Of a stretch of 64,000 nucleotides of DNA, positions 19,405 to 29,281 are shown in pieces. Below the pieces are notes generated by a model. It made no database searches and was not told the origin of the DNA. It was given only the letters and a program-made list of their open reading frames with translations. A program made the translations under genes and the position numbers. This DNA is from Giardia intestinalis (taxonomy: Eukaryota). Every line of letters begins with the position of its first letter. The first letter of the stretch is position 1. The stretch lies in the NCBI GenBank assembly GCA_000002435.2, contig CM018790.1; one strand, written 5' to 3'.

Positions 19405-20638
19405 CACGCATAGAGCCTCGGAGGTATCCCAGCTATCCACCCCACACCCTACTCCCAGTAGTGCCCCGAGCAGCAAAGGAGTGGGGCAGCGTACTAAGGG
19501 TGCACTTTCTCCCATTCAGCGACCTAGCGGAAAAGCAAGTGATATGGGAACAAGGAAGATTAACGCCCAGAAGATTCCAATAGTACCATTGACCGGGGCC
19601 TTGAGCGGCCTGGATGCCCCAGCAACTCTATACCCAGAAGACCTCGAACTTCTGGCAGAAGATGACGTAGTAGGAGACTTGGACTTTGTCTCAATATTAA
19701 CCAATCGCAAGCTTTCGTACACACAGTCGCACTCCATATGTGAGCCGATAGCAACCCCCGGGGCAGTGCTCACGGATGTGTTTCGGGGATTGCGCGAACA
19801 AAATGCGAAAATCATAAAGACTCTGAATCTCTTGATAACCGCAGGACGGAAAAACAAAACTGCTATCGCTGACCTGGAGACCAAACTGGGTGATGTTACA
19901 GCAGCGACAAATACACTCATTACTTCTACCCGTAGCTTTAAAGCAGATTTGGCGTCCACAGATACAAATATTAAAGCGACAAGAAATCATATGCTCTTGG
20001 TGCAGGATCAGCTGAAGCACCTTACTGCTTCCATGAATGCTAGCGCATCCGACGAGCAAAAGAGGCAATTCTCACGTAGCTACAACATCTATGGAAGGGT
20101 CTATGGGAACTCACCCGACGTACAGGAGAGGGATTCTGCACTCGCAAACAAGAACGCGTTAACACTATCGACTCTTGCAGGTGATGCAAGGAGCCCGTCC
20201 CCATCTCCGCCCCCAGATAGCCAGATCAGTCGCTGCCTGGTCATGGTCAAGAACGAGGCAGCTTTAGGTTCCTGCCACACGCCTCCCCAGGGCAACTCTG
20301 CAGCTCAATCCCAGACCCAGGCTAGTACTAAGATCCTCAACAGTCCCCTTAATAGTGCATTCAACCTTAAAGTAACTCCGTCACGGGGAGTTGCAGTAGC
20401 AAAGACCGATGTTGGTAGGCACATGCCCGCGGCTTTACAATCGCTAGGTCATCCTCAGTCACCGCAGTGGTGTCTCGAACAAAGTAAAACTGTGCGTGTT
20501 CCCCTTGCTACACCGATGGAGTCCATGGAGATCCGAGAAGGTCAGGGGTGCGACATGGACGCCGCCCAAAGGCTAGACGCGCTGGAAAAAAACCTTCGTC
20601 AAGTAATTGAGCACTTAGGCTTGTCATGGATCGAATAA
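19397..20638 (+). CDS. hypothetical Ser/Pro-rich protein (413 aa); possibly a frameshifted continuation of 18724-19404
   Basis: There is no A/T-rich initiator context in front of its ATG. Its reading frame opens only 3 codons upstream of that ATG. Confidence 0.45.
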   Translation: MHSTHRASEVSQLSTPHPTPSSAPSSKGVGQRTKGALSPIQRPSGKASDMGTRKINAQKIPIVPLTGALSGLDAPATLYPEDLELLAEDDVVGDLDFVSILTNRKLSYTQSHSICEPIATPGAVLTDVFRGLREQNAKIIKTLNLLITAGRKNKTAIADLETKLGDVTAATNTLITSTRSFKADLASTDTNIKATRNHMLLVQDQLKHLTASMNASASDEQKRQFSRSYNIYGRVYGNSPDVQERDSALANKNALTLSTLAGDARSPSPSPPPDSQISRCLVMVKNEAALGSCHTPPQGNSAAQSQTQASTKILNSPLNSAFNLKVTPSRGVAVAKTDVGRHMPAALQSLGHPQSPQWCLEQSKTVRVPLATPMESMEIREGQGCDMDAAQRLDALEKNLRQVIEHLGLSWIE

Positions 20639-20700
20639 GCGCCAACAATGCACAGTTCTAAATTCCGCCAAATCTAAAAATTGGTTTATTCTTTTAAAAA

Positions 20701-23700
20701 ATGTCCGTTAAGGCAAGTGCAGACTGGTTTGAATGCGCCCTGGCGGGCAACGCAGCGTCTATCCGGAATGCGAAGAAGAAGTGGAAAGGCTCCAAGGATA
20801 ATGACGGTAACACGGCTCTCATGCTTGTCTCCAAGTTGGAAGACAACTCTGTGTTCGATCTTCTCATCTACGAGGAGGCCGGTAATATGAACAACGAGGG
20901 TCACAGCGCGCTTTCCATAGCTGTCTTAGCCCGCCGGATGGATAAGGTCGAACGTCTGGCTACTCTTGAGGGGAGCATGATACTTGGGCGTGGTTGCACG
21001 GCTCTTATCTACGCCGCTTCTGTTCAGGACGCCGACGTTGTCCCGTTGCTTGCTCCGTACTCCATCATCGATCAGCGAAACGATGAGGGGTATTCCGCAC
21101 TCGATATTGCTGTGATGAACAATGATCTTGCCTTCGTGACATCCCTTATCGGCGCCGCGCGTGTGGACCTGGATACCCTCGACATGGCGCTCCGCTATAG
21201 CCTCACCCCAGATAGTGTCAGGGTCAACCAGGTGTTGATGGATTATAGAGCTACAACCTATCCAAACTCGGACCCTTTTGATCCAGATGCACGACCCACT
21301 AGCCACCAAGCACCTTCGACTACTATTACGAGCCTTAATCATCAGGGGACAATCGATCCTAAGAGCACTGATGTCGTCCCTTCTGAAGATTCAATGCAGT
21401 CACGAAGCGAGAAGCAGAAAAGTGGCAGATTTTCTCGTGCTGGTTCAAAACAGTCTTCTGTTCGCAGAACACCAAAGCTTGACAACGCGTCCTTCAGCAA
21501 TTCTGCGCTTGTCCAGAGCGTGGCTCGTATAGGGACTCCAGGGCCAGAGGAGGCGTCATCGGTGTACGGGCACCCGCTAAGCAATAGATCTTTTGAATCT
21601 AGCACGAACTATGCAGATCAGACGGCGTCCAGGCTGACCAACGGTAGTGTAAGATTGCAGGACATGGGTGATCCTGAGTATGCCGTTTCACGCTTCGGGG
21701 ATACGGTGCGCTCTACTTCTCTTATGGGGGAGCCGTCTCAATCGGCTGCTGATCTTAAGCCTCAGAAGGGCGGTAGAGCTTCCCGTGCCGGCTCGAAGCA
21801 GTCTTCTGTCCGCAGGACACCAAAGCTTGAGACGGCATCGTTTAGTAACTCGACTCTCGTTCAGAGCGTGGCTCGCATAGAGACTCCTGCCCCGGAAGAC
21901 ATGATGCCGGCAGGCAGGCAAGTGGCTGCTGGTAGTTCCGCAGCCTATGGTGAGACTTACGCTATGAGCATGGAGGCTCCCGTTGACGGATACGTCGATT
22001 CGGAGTTGCAGTACAGCGTGACACCCAACGAAATTCTTACGAATGTGGGGTCCTCTCAGGGCGGTGGTCAGGGCTTTACTAACTCAGCAGTGCTTTCTCG
22101 ACTACGCACCCCAACCAGCTCTGTCATTGCGGACAACGGAACTCAGGGCCTCGGCATTGCGCCTACGCGGGCACTGAAAAGCGCCTCTCAACCATTGAAT
22201 GCATATTCTGCAGGATCGTTTAGCCAAGCGGGCTGCCATGGTTCGGTCCTCTCCACCCGATCTATCACGGAGTCTATGCCTGTTCAGTCACGCCGAGCGC
22301 TCCCGGAGAGTGCAAGTGTGACGCAGCTTCAGGAGCTAGTCCGCGAGAAGCAGGCCATAATCGATGATCTTCAAAACCAGAACATGAAACTGAATAAGGA
22401 ACTCGTCGAGGTGAAGCGTAGTCTGCACAAGGCGGAGCTCGTTTCTGGTTCGGCTTCGCAGGGACACTGGGCTACGCAGTCGTCCATCGACAAGACAAAC
22501 CTTGTTATTGCTGACATGCAGGAGCAGGCCCGCGAGATGAAGACCGAGGCTATCCGCGCCAAGAATTTCTTCGAGCGCGAGCGTGAGCGCCTCAATGGTG
22601 ACATTAGCGAGAAAACAAAGCGCATCGCTGTCCTTGAAAACACCAACAGGAATATGGAGACATCGTGTGAGAGACTTCGAGCCGCCAACAAGGACCTCAT
22701 TGAGCAGCTTACCAAGAAGAAGACAGACGATAACATCACCGAGATGGTGGTGGCACAGAAGGACGCAGAGATAGGCGAGCTTCGTGACCGTATTAAGGAG
22801 CTCGAGAGTGACGTCGTCCGACTGACCCAGAAGGTCTCTTCCCACACCTCCGTGGCTGGAAGGTCTCGCAGCGGAGATGAGACGACCGTCTCTCAGCTTA
22901 CCAATGATTCTAATCTTCGCGGCTATCCTGCGCAGGCTGGCAATTCAACCAAGTTAAGTGCCGGGCCAGACGAGGCTGGTGCCTCCGAGGCAAGCCTCCA
23001 GGACGTTGTCAGGCAGCTTACAACTATGAACAATTCTAAGGACATAATTATTTCTGAGCTCCGCGGTGAGCTAGCGAACCTTCGTGATATCAGCAGGCAC
23101 AGCCAGCAAGACCATGGGGCGAGCCGTTCAAAAGCAGACGACATGGAGATGTACGACGTTAAGATGGCGCTTGCTGACCTCCAGGCGCGTCATGACGCTC
23201 TTTCTGAGGATAACTCCAAGACGCTCGAGAAGCTAAGGGTTCGTACACGCGAGCTCCAAGGCCTCGTGGAGGAGGTGGAGGGCGAGATACCTGCTGGAAA
23301 TCTAGGAACGCAAACAGATATATCACGCATGAAGGCCATAGTAAAGGTCAAGAACCGCGAGATTGCCGAGTTGAAGGAAAGCGCACTCAACACTGCATCG
23401 AGGCATGCTGCGACCTGCAAGGCGATTAATGCAGAGAACGAACGTCTCAACGCTGCTCTTCGGCGCAAGGAGAACGAGCTTGCTAAGGTCCATTCCGAGC
23501 TCTCGACGGCCCGCGATTTCCAAGACCACGTTGAAGGTGTGCGCAGCGAGAATACCCAGCTCATGAAGGAAATGAAACGTATGCGAAGTGAGCTTGAGAA
23601 GCAAGCAAATATCCACCCAGAGCTGGCAAAGTATGAGAGCTTGGTCAAAACTCTTGGGGAGGAGAATGATACGATGCGCCGCGTCTTGAAAAAGAGGAAG

Positions 23701-24825
23701 GAGCAGATTGAATATCTGAAGAACGGAGGAGACCCGTCTCTTTTGCACACAGTGGGAACTGGGTCCAAGTTGTCTGGTACAAATACGCCCATCAGCAAGA
23801 CACAGACGCTTAACAGCACGAGCCCCCATTCGGATATCATAAATCGCGATGCCAAGGGGAACGATGTCCTGCTTGTTAAGAAGTTAACCGAGGAGGTTAG
23901 ATCATATGGTGACAAGGTCACCGAACTGAGCCGCATGATAGCTCTCAAGGACGCTGAAATTTCTCTACTTCGCAAGCAAACGACCGACGGAGCGACGTAC
24001 AAAGACCTCCTCTGTCTGCTCAACGAAAAGATGAAGCGCGTGGACCAGCTTAATGCAGACGTCGAGCAACGGGACAGAGAAATATCCAAATTGGTTACCA
24101 TCAATCGCACAGGAACTGCCAAGCCTAAAGGCCTGACCGCGAGTATTCACAAGAGCGCTGCTATCAGTCGTTTCTACAGCCACGATGAGGTAAAGGATCT
24201 ATTGAAGCAGCTTTCTGACAAGGAAGCTGAGATCGCGCTTCTGAAATCCGAGAACATGAATAACAGCTATGAAAAGATCCATAACCTGGGAGACAAGTTC
24301 ACTGTGGTGAAGATAGAGAATCTGGAGGACAAGGTTGCTGTCTTGAACGCACACTTGGCAGACCGCGAAGGTACGATTGAGCGTCTCCAGGCCCAGCTAC
24401 AGGATGCCGAATTAGCCCTCCAGAGCCACAGAGCTAACCTCGGGCTTATCGGTATTGGGGGGCTGATGGCTTCGGGGAGCTACACGTCCCACAGAGACCG
24501 CGCTTCGGCCTCTCCAAGCACAGTTATGTCGCCGGATCTTGCCTACAGCAAGTCTCTAGAGGCCAGCAACGCTTCTCTGCAACAAAAGCTTGCAGACAGT
24601 AAGTTGAAGATAGCAGATGCACAGCAGGAATTGGAGTGGGCCCAGATGCGCATGGACTCTATGCACAGCGATCTACAGAAGTACAAGAGCAGATCTGGTG
24701 CTGCAAACACTCCGACAGCTGAGGGGCGCACTCCACAACAGCACAGCACGCCCCTCTCTATGACCGGCCAGCGTCCCGTCCTTGAGCCGAAAAACCACAC
24801 GCCTGTGTACAGCAGAGGAAAGTGA
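20701..24825 (+). CDS. N-terminal ankyrin-repeat plus long coiled-coil protein (1374 aa)
   Basis: N-terminus …DNDGNTALMLVSKLEDNSVFDLLIYEEAGNMNNEGHSALSIAVLARRMDKV… is followed by roughly 900 aa of heptad-rich sequence. A-rich initiator ttcttttaaaaaATG. AGTGACC follows the stop. Confidence 0.8.
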   Translation: MSVKASADWFECALAGNAASIRNAKKKWKGSKDNDGNTALMLVSKLEDNSVFDLLIYEEAGNMNNEGHSALSIAVLARRMDKVERLATLEGSMILGRGCTALIYAASVQDADVVPLLAPYSIIDQRNDEGYSALDIAVMNNDLAFVTSLIGAARVDLDTLDMALRYSLTPDSVRVNQVLMDYRATTYPNSDPFDPDARPTSHQAPSTTITSLNHQGTIDPKSTDVVPSEDSMQSRSEKQKSGRFSRAGSKQSSVRRTPKLDNASFSNSALVQSVARIGTPGPEEASSVYGHPLSNRSFESSTNYADQTASRLTNGSVRLQDMGDPEYAVSRFGDTVRSTSLMGEPSQSAADLKPQKGGRASRAGSKQSSVRRTPKLETASFSNSTLVQSVARIETPAPEDMMPAGRQVAAGSSAAYGETYAMSMEAPVDGYVDSELQYSVTPNEILTNVGSSQGGGQGFTNSAVLSRLRTPTSSVIADNGTQGLGIAPTRALKSASQPLNAYSAGSFSQAGCHGSVLSTRSITESMPVQSRRALPESASVTQLQELVREKQAIIDDLQNQNMKLNKELVEVKRSLHKAELVSGSASQGHWATQSSIDKTNLVIADMQEQAREMKTEAIRAKNFFERERERLNGDISEKTKRIAVLENTNRNMETSCERLRAANKDLIEQLTKKKTDDNITEMVVAQKDAEIGELRDRIKELESDVVRLTQKVSSHTSVAGRSRSGDETTVSQLTNDSNLRGYPAQAGNSTKLSAGPDEAGASEASLQDVVRQLTTMNNSKDIIISELRGELANLRDISRHSQQDHGASRSKADDMEMYDVKMALADLQARHDALSEDNSKTLEKLRVRTRELQGLVEEVEGEIPAGNLGTQTDISRMKAIVKVKNREIAELKESALNTASRHAATCKAINAENERLNAALRRKENELAKVHSELSTARDFQDHVEGVRSENTQLMKEMKRMRSELEKQANIHPELAKYESLVKTLGEENDTMRRVLKKRKEQIEYLKNGGDPSLLHTVGTGSKLSGTNTPISKTQTLNSTSPHSDIINRDAKGNDVLLVKKLTEEVRSYGDKVTELSRMIALKDAEISLLRKQTTDGATYKDLLCLLNEKMKRVDQLNADVEQRDREISKLVTINRTGTAKPKGLTASIHKSAAISRFYSHDEVKDLLKQLSDKEAEIALLKSENMNNSYEKIHNLGDKFTVVKIENLEDKVAVLNAHLADREGTIERLQAQLQDAELALQSHRANLGLIGIGGLMASGSYTSHRDRASASPSTVMSPDLAYSKSLEASNASLQQKLADSKLKIADAQQELEWAQMRMDSMHSDLQKYKSRSGAANTPTAEGRTPQQHSTPLSMTGQRPVLEPKNHTPVYSRGK
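21409..21905 (+). repeat. degenerate intragenic tandem duplication (about 354-nt period, two copies) inside the 20701-24825 CDS
   Basis: The protein segments QKSGRFSRAGSKQSSVRRTPKLDNASFSNSALVQSVARIGTPGPEE and QKGGRASRAGSKQSSVRRTPKLETASFSNSTLVQSVARIETPAPED repeat about 118 aa apart. Confidence 0.6.
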
Positions 24826-24853
24826 CCGGGTCTTTTACTCCGGAGCTTGTCAT

Positions 24854-26560
24854 TTATTTCATCAGCCCCTTTTTGATGCCGACTATGCTTTCGAGATACG
24901 GTGCCAGCGCAGCGCTGTCCATTCCATGTGCTTCTGCAAATGGGGGAACGGCCGTACAGATACTCTGAGCCCCGGACTCATAGTAGTAGGAGTGCAGGTC
25001 GATGTGGGTAAACATGTACGTCTTGATGTAATCGTATTTGATGTTGAAGCTCTCCTTGGCTTCGTCATAGAATGTCACTGCGCTAGGGGGCAGGTCCCGC
25101 TCTACAGCCTCTTCTAAGGCACTACAAATCCTGCAAGGGTTAGTGTTCTGAGATGCAAGGGCCCGGGCTATCTCTTTGAGGGCAGGCTCGATTTTGGTCA
25201 GGTCAAGCGACTGGAGGCTTTTCTGTGCCTTGATTCTCTCCAAGACTTTGCTTGCGTATGCTTTCATTGACAGGGGCTCATAGCGGAGCATTTGCTGGAG
25301 CACAGAAGGTGACGGAAGTGTGCAACGAACCGCGAGGTTAGCCTGGAGGCCACCGTGAGAAGGGTCGTTGTGTATGGGGGTTCCGGCTGCCTGCAGATGG
25401 AGCCTTAGCTGGTGTGTACGCCCTGTTATGGGAACACACATGGCCAAAGCCGTTTGTGTCGATGAATCAACGTGCACGTATTCGATCACTGTAATTGCCG
25501 CTTGGTGCTCTCCAATATCCGCCATTGACTGCGTAGGGTCTAGTTGAACCGCAATCAGATCTTGGAGCAACGCAGTGCACTTCTTTGAGGACACAAACCG
25601 TGAGTAAGTGTCACTGTCCTGAAACCAGAGCATTTCTTTGTCGCGCATAAACGTTACACCCTTCCCAAAGGAATGAGAACAAGCCGTGAGCTGCTCGATG
25701 CACTCATTGTATTTGTCAAGGCGCTCCAAATTCGCCCCGAAAAGCTCGGTGTGAGTGTTGAAGTGTATACAACGAGAAGTGTAATTGCCCTTGAACCTGA
25801 GACCCATAGGCCCCCAAATCAGACACACCCTTCTTGGAGAAATGTCAGTCGACACCATGCGACAATTGGCTAGGTACACCTTAACGTTTCCTCGTTCAAC
25901 TATCTCGTTCCGCTTTTGCTCTGCCTCCTTAGATGAATCAGCCATGACAATAAGCCCGGAGACAAGCTTATCAATGCGATTGCAAGCACGTAAACTCTTT
26001 TTGGTTGTCAATTTGGTGTCCGGGCTAGCAACCAACTCATTGACACTGTGATAGCAGTACTTTCCGCAGGGGTGTACCGGCATGGATGCAGGCTTTTCGC
26101 AGAAGACGTGGTCTCCCTCATCTCGTAGTACAGGTTGTGCCAGTATAGGAGGTTCGTGTCGGTGCATAACGTGCAGAATAAGGTCAGAATCCCGCAGCGT
26201 AAAGTTGGCGATGGAATCCTCTACGTAAAGAACCTGCTTTCTCGTTTTTGGCGTAAACGCAGATGATGGTTGACCCCATGTAGGACGCTTTTTGATCTGT
26301 GGCTCGGGGCTGGGGGCAAGGGCTGCGTCTGGCTGTGCATCCTTAACAAAGCAGTGAATGGCTCCGCGACGCAACACAAGTATCTGGCCACTGGCTGCTG
26401 CATTGGCGTAGTACTCTTCATCGTACTCAACAAACTCCTCGCAGAGGACCTTTAATAATGACCTCTCGTACCAGCGCTTTTTGGCAAAGGTCCCGAAGAC
26501 GTAAATGTAAGGGCAGAGATGAATCAGACCGGCGTCTTCTATCTGCTTGTGGGGGAGCAT
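24854..26560 (-). CDS. RluA-family RNA pseudouridine synthase (568 aa)
   Basis: Catalytic motif …NRIDKLVSGLIVMA… (HRLDxxTSG-like), the downstream …PITGRTHQLRLHLQAAGTPIHNDPSHGG motif, and an S4-like N-terminus. A-rich initiator cactataaaaataaATG. Confidence 0.85.
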   Translation of the reverse strand: MLPHKQIEDAGLIHLCPYIYVFGTFAKKRWYERSLLKVLCEEFVEYDEEYYANAAASGQILVLRRGAIHCFVKDAQPDAALAPSPEPQIKKRPTWGQPSSAFTPKTRKQVLYVEDSIANFTLRDSDLILHVMHRHEPPILAQPVLRDEGDHVFCEKPASMPVHPCGKYCYHSVNELVASPDTKLTTKKSLRACNRIDKLVSGLIVMADSSKEAEQKRNEIVERGNVKVYLANCRMVSTDISPRRVCLIWGPMGLRFKGNYTSRCIHFNTHTELFGANLERLDKYNECIEQLTACSHSFGKGVTFMRDKEMLWFQDSDTYSRFVSSKKCTALLQDLIAVQLDPTQSMADIGEHQAAITVIEYVHVDSSTQTALAMCVPITGRTHQLRLHLQAAGTPIHNDPSHGGLQANLAVRCTLPSPSVLQQMLRYEPLSMKAYASKVLERIKAQKSLQSLDLTKIEPALKEIARALASQNTNPCRICSALEEAVERDLPPSAVTFYDEAKESFNIKYDYIKTYMFTHIDLHSYYYESGAQSICTAVPPFAEAHGMDSAALAPYLESIVGIKKGLMK

Positions 26561-26675
26561 TTATTTTTATAGTGGAAAGGATTCACTGGACGGCCTATAG
26601 GCTGGAGCACAGCGTGTATTTTGCTTCGTAGTATCTGGTAGGCTACTGGGTGGTAGTGCTCAGAGCCTTGGTTGC

Positions 26676-26969
26676 CTAGCCATGGACCTCCTCTTCTGGT
26701 TCTAGCTCCATACCGCCATCGTGATCATCGATACCCTGATCTGCAACAGCGTTGAGTATCCGCAGTATGCCGTGTATGGACTGAAGAACCTTCAAATTCT
26801 TGATGACCCCTTCCATGGAAAACGTGAGGGAAGCCTCTTGTTTGAGTACCACAGCCGCCTGCTGTTCATTCTGAGACCCCGCGGTTGCAGAGCAGATCAT
26901 ATTCTTGTAAGACTGTAGCGCCTCCGTCGCGCAGCTGTGCGCTAGGGCTACTAGAGACTCTATCTCCAT
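26676..26969 (-). CDS. small hypothetical protein (98 aa from MEIESLVALAHS…)
   Basis: The internal ATG at 26969 has an A-rich context (ggcaaaaagaacctcATG). It is divergent from the coiled-coil gene at 27034 across a 64-bp A-rich spacer. No family recognised. Confidence 0.45.
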   Translation of the reverse strand: MEIESLVALAHSCATEALQSYKNMICSATAGSQNEQQAAVVLKQEASLTFSMEGVIKNLKVLQSIHGILRILNAVADQGIDDHDGGMELEPEEEVHG

Positions 26970-27033
26970 GAGGTTCTTTTTGCCTAAGAGCAGAAAAACG
27001 GAAAGAAAAACAGAATTTTGTTTGTTAACCCCC

Positions 27034-29058
27034 ATGGCTACGTATGATCACATTATGAGCTCACTGCAGGATCACGTCGACTCCCTTACCACACTGTCTG
27101 CAAATATCACCCAAGCAGTTGCTGAAGACCCGACAATTCCCATGGATTCGTTCGAGACCGAGATTGCGCTCATTGAGACGAAGTTTCAGGCTGTCCAGCG
27201 GGCCGTGACGCAGGCTCTAGGTGGAAATAGCATGAATACAGATGAATTATGCACGTTAAACTACAAGTATATGGAGTGCAACAAGAAGTTAAAAGACATC
27301 CGAAAGTTCATAGCAGAGCACGAAAAGGAGGGACTTTTGACCACAGACAACGATGATTTAAAGGATCTTTCTCCGGAGGATCTCAACACAGGAGGACCGG
27401 AGCCTACGAAACCGTACAGACAGGTTCACATATCCGCCGCGGCCCCAGTACCAAACTTTCTTGCCCCACCAGCAACTGGCCATTCAGGTGGAGGTGCCCT
27501 AGTAATCCCTCCTCAAACGTCCCCGTCCATCGCTAAGTTGCAATCTGCTGCCTCTATTAATAAGGGGTCTTACAACTCTCTCTTGGCTGTCTCTAACATA
27601 GGTGACAAGGGAGCTAATGTCTTGCTCCCCTCTGATGGTACTGAACTGTCCATGCGTACCAGTTCACCATCTGGTGTCCTTCGTAAGAGTTCTAACCCTG
27701 AACAGTACAAAAAACACGCAGAAGAGCTTAACAGAGGCATCAATAAGCTTCGTTCAAACCTCATAGCACTCAATCGAGCAGCTAATGAGCCAGAGACAAT
27801 CACAGAGGCTCTGACGGGCGTCAATCTGCAAGACGCTCGACTGGCCAGAGATAACAAGAAGCCCGTATCTGGGTCGGAGAGCGTGGCACAAATCACGGCC
27901 AATTTACGACGAGAAAACATCTCTCTCAAGGAGGAGCTGACAACGCTGAAGACACGCACAAAGCAGCAAGAAGATGAGATAGCATCCCTCAAGAAGGCAC
28001 TCTCCACGCAAACGAAGCTATCGGAAAAGCAGTCTGATGACATAGACATCCTTCAGGCTTCACTAGATAGAGTCACAGAAGAGCGCCAGTCGTTATCTGC
28101 TACATTGAAAGAGAAAATGCGCGCACTCGGAGACCTGCGCAAACAGCTAGACACTATAAGTGATCAGAACAAGGAGTTGACCGAATTGTTGGAGGTGGAG
28201 CGCAATGATCGAAATGTGGCCATCTCAGAACTGCGCGCAGAGCTGGGTCACTATAAAGCAGAGAACGATACCCTTAAGAGTAGACTCAAGACCCTAGACG
28301 AACTAAATGTAGAAGGCAACGTGCTTGAGCTGGAGCGAGTCACTGCCGACATCGAAGACATGCAGACTATGGTTAAGCAATTGAAGAAGCAAAAGGCAGA
28401 TATGGCCAATAGATTTGCGCGTGAGAAGGAGCTTCTCCAAGAGAACATCGATGTTTTAGAAGCGCAGCTTGCCTCAGGTTACTTAGAATCGGAGAAGGGC
28501 GCTCCGTCCCACGCTGAAATCGTCATGCTGGAGCAAGAGGTGGTCAAGCGCGACATTGAAATTAAGCGTCTCCGTAATCTGGTTGCTAAGGCCATGAGTG
28601 ACAAGGATGAAGCAATGGCTCTTCTGGGTCTTGGAGCCGGTGACACTACAGACGAACGTACAGATGAGACTGACACAGACAGCGCGAGCTTTAGGATGCT
28701 TGAGCCTAGGTCCGGGTTTTCTACTGTGCCGCCTGGGCCATACCCTGTTGGCCGTCAGAGCTTTCTTTCTAGTCTACCACAGGCTCCGCCCCAGCCCCTC
28801 CAACCAGATGCGGGCAGAGCTCCCAGTACTCTTTCTATGTTACTATCCCAGAAGGCTGGCCCTTCCTTCGGTGTTTCCACGGGTCAGCTGGGACGAGTGG
28901 GTGGGTCTGAGGGGCATCCAACAGGGAGAAATGCCAGTTTACATGATGATTCCACTGTGTCCGGAGCTAACGAAATCGAGGACGATGACCTCGATGTGGC
29001 TGCTCTTGTCAGGAAGAAGCGTGATAAGAGACTATCAGTAACAAATGCCCCCAAGTGA
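27034..29058 (+). CDS. coiled-coil protein (674 aa)
   Basis: Start MATYDHIMSS…. There is a long heptad-rich central region. The stop TGA is embedded in AGTGAAC (29054-29060). Confidence 0.65.
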   Translation: MATYDHIMSSLQDHVDSLTTLSANITQAVAEDPTIPMDSFETEIALIETKFQAVQRAVTQALGGNSMNTDELCTLNYKYMECNKKLKDIRKFIAEHEKEGLLTTDNDDLKDLSPEDLNTGGPEPTKPYRQVHISAAAPVPNFLAPPATGHSGGGALVIPPQTSPSIAKLQSAASINKGSYNSLLAVSNIGDKGANVLLPSDGTELSMRTSSPSGVLRKSSNPEQYKKHAEELNRGINKLRSNLIALNRAANEPETITEALTGVNLQDARLARDNKKPVSGSESVAQITANLRRENISLKEELTTLKTRTKQQEDEIASLKKALSTQTKLSEKQSDDIDILQASLDRVTEERQSLSATLKEKMRALGDLRKQLDTISDQNKELTELLEVERNDRNVAISELRAELGHYKAENDTLKSRLKTLDELNVEGNVLELERVTADIEDMQTMVKQLKKQKADMANRFAREKELLQENIDVLEAQLASGYLESEKGAPSHAEIVMLEQEVVKRDIEIKRLRNLVAKAMSDKDEAMALLGLGAGDTTDERTDETDTDSASFRMLEPRSGFSTVPPGPYPVGRQSFLSSLPQAPPQPLQPDAGRAPSTLSMLLSQKAGPSFGVSTGQLGRVGGSEGHPTGRNASLHDDSTVSGANEIEDDDLDVAALVRKKRDKRLSVTNAPK

Positions 29059-29060
29059 AC
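29054..29060 (+). terminator. Giardia-type polyadenylation signal AGTGAAC overlapping the stop codon
   Basis: ccaAGTGAACgag contains the TGA stop of the 27034-29058 CDS. Confidence 0.55.
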
Positions 29061-29083
29061 GAGAACAAGCTTTGGCATGGTCA

Positions 29084-29281
29084 CTATTCTGCTGTATCCA
29101 CAGAGTTGCCACTTTGGTCTCGTAAGAGCATGACTTCTCTGATCGCAGCAGCAAGAGCTTCAGGATTTGCACCCCCTTCACAAAGAGAAAGTATGCAAGC
29201 AAGAGCGCTCCGAGACAATCCCGTCTTCAATATACTTGATATTTCCTCGATGTGGATGAGCGCGTCTGCAAGATCGGGCAT
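29084..29281 (-). CDS. MZT1: MOZART1 (mitotic-spindle organizing protein 1), gamma-tubulin complex microprotein, 65 aa
   Basis: MPDLADALIHIEEISSILKTGLSRSALACILSLCEGGANPEALAAAIREVMLLR… aligns with the MZT1/GIP signature (human …[41 protein letters not shown]…). A near-canonical Giardia initiator gatttttaaccaaaaaaATG is present. Confidence 0.8.
   Translation of the reverse strand: MPDLADALIHIEEISSILKTGLSRSALACILSLCEGGANPEALAAAIREVMLLRDQSGNSVDTAE

Noticed and set aside
23190-24122. 310-aa and 168-aa minus-strand ORFs
   Set aside because: They are antisense to the coiled-coil region of the 1374-aa gene. The codon periodicity of coiled-coil genes commonly leaves the opposite strand open.
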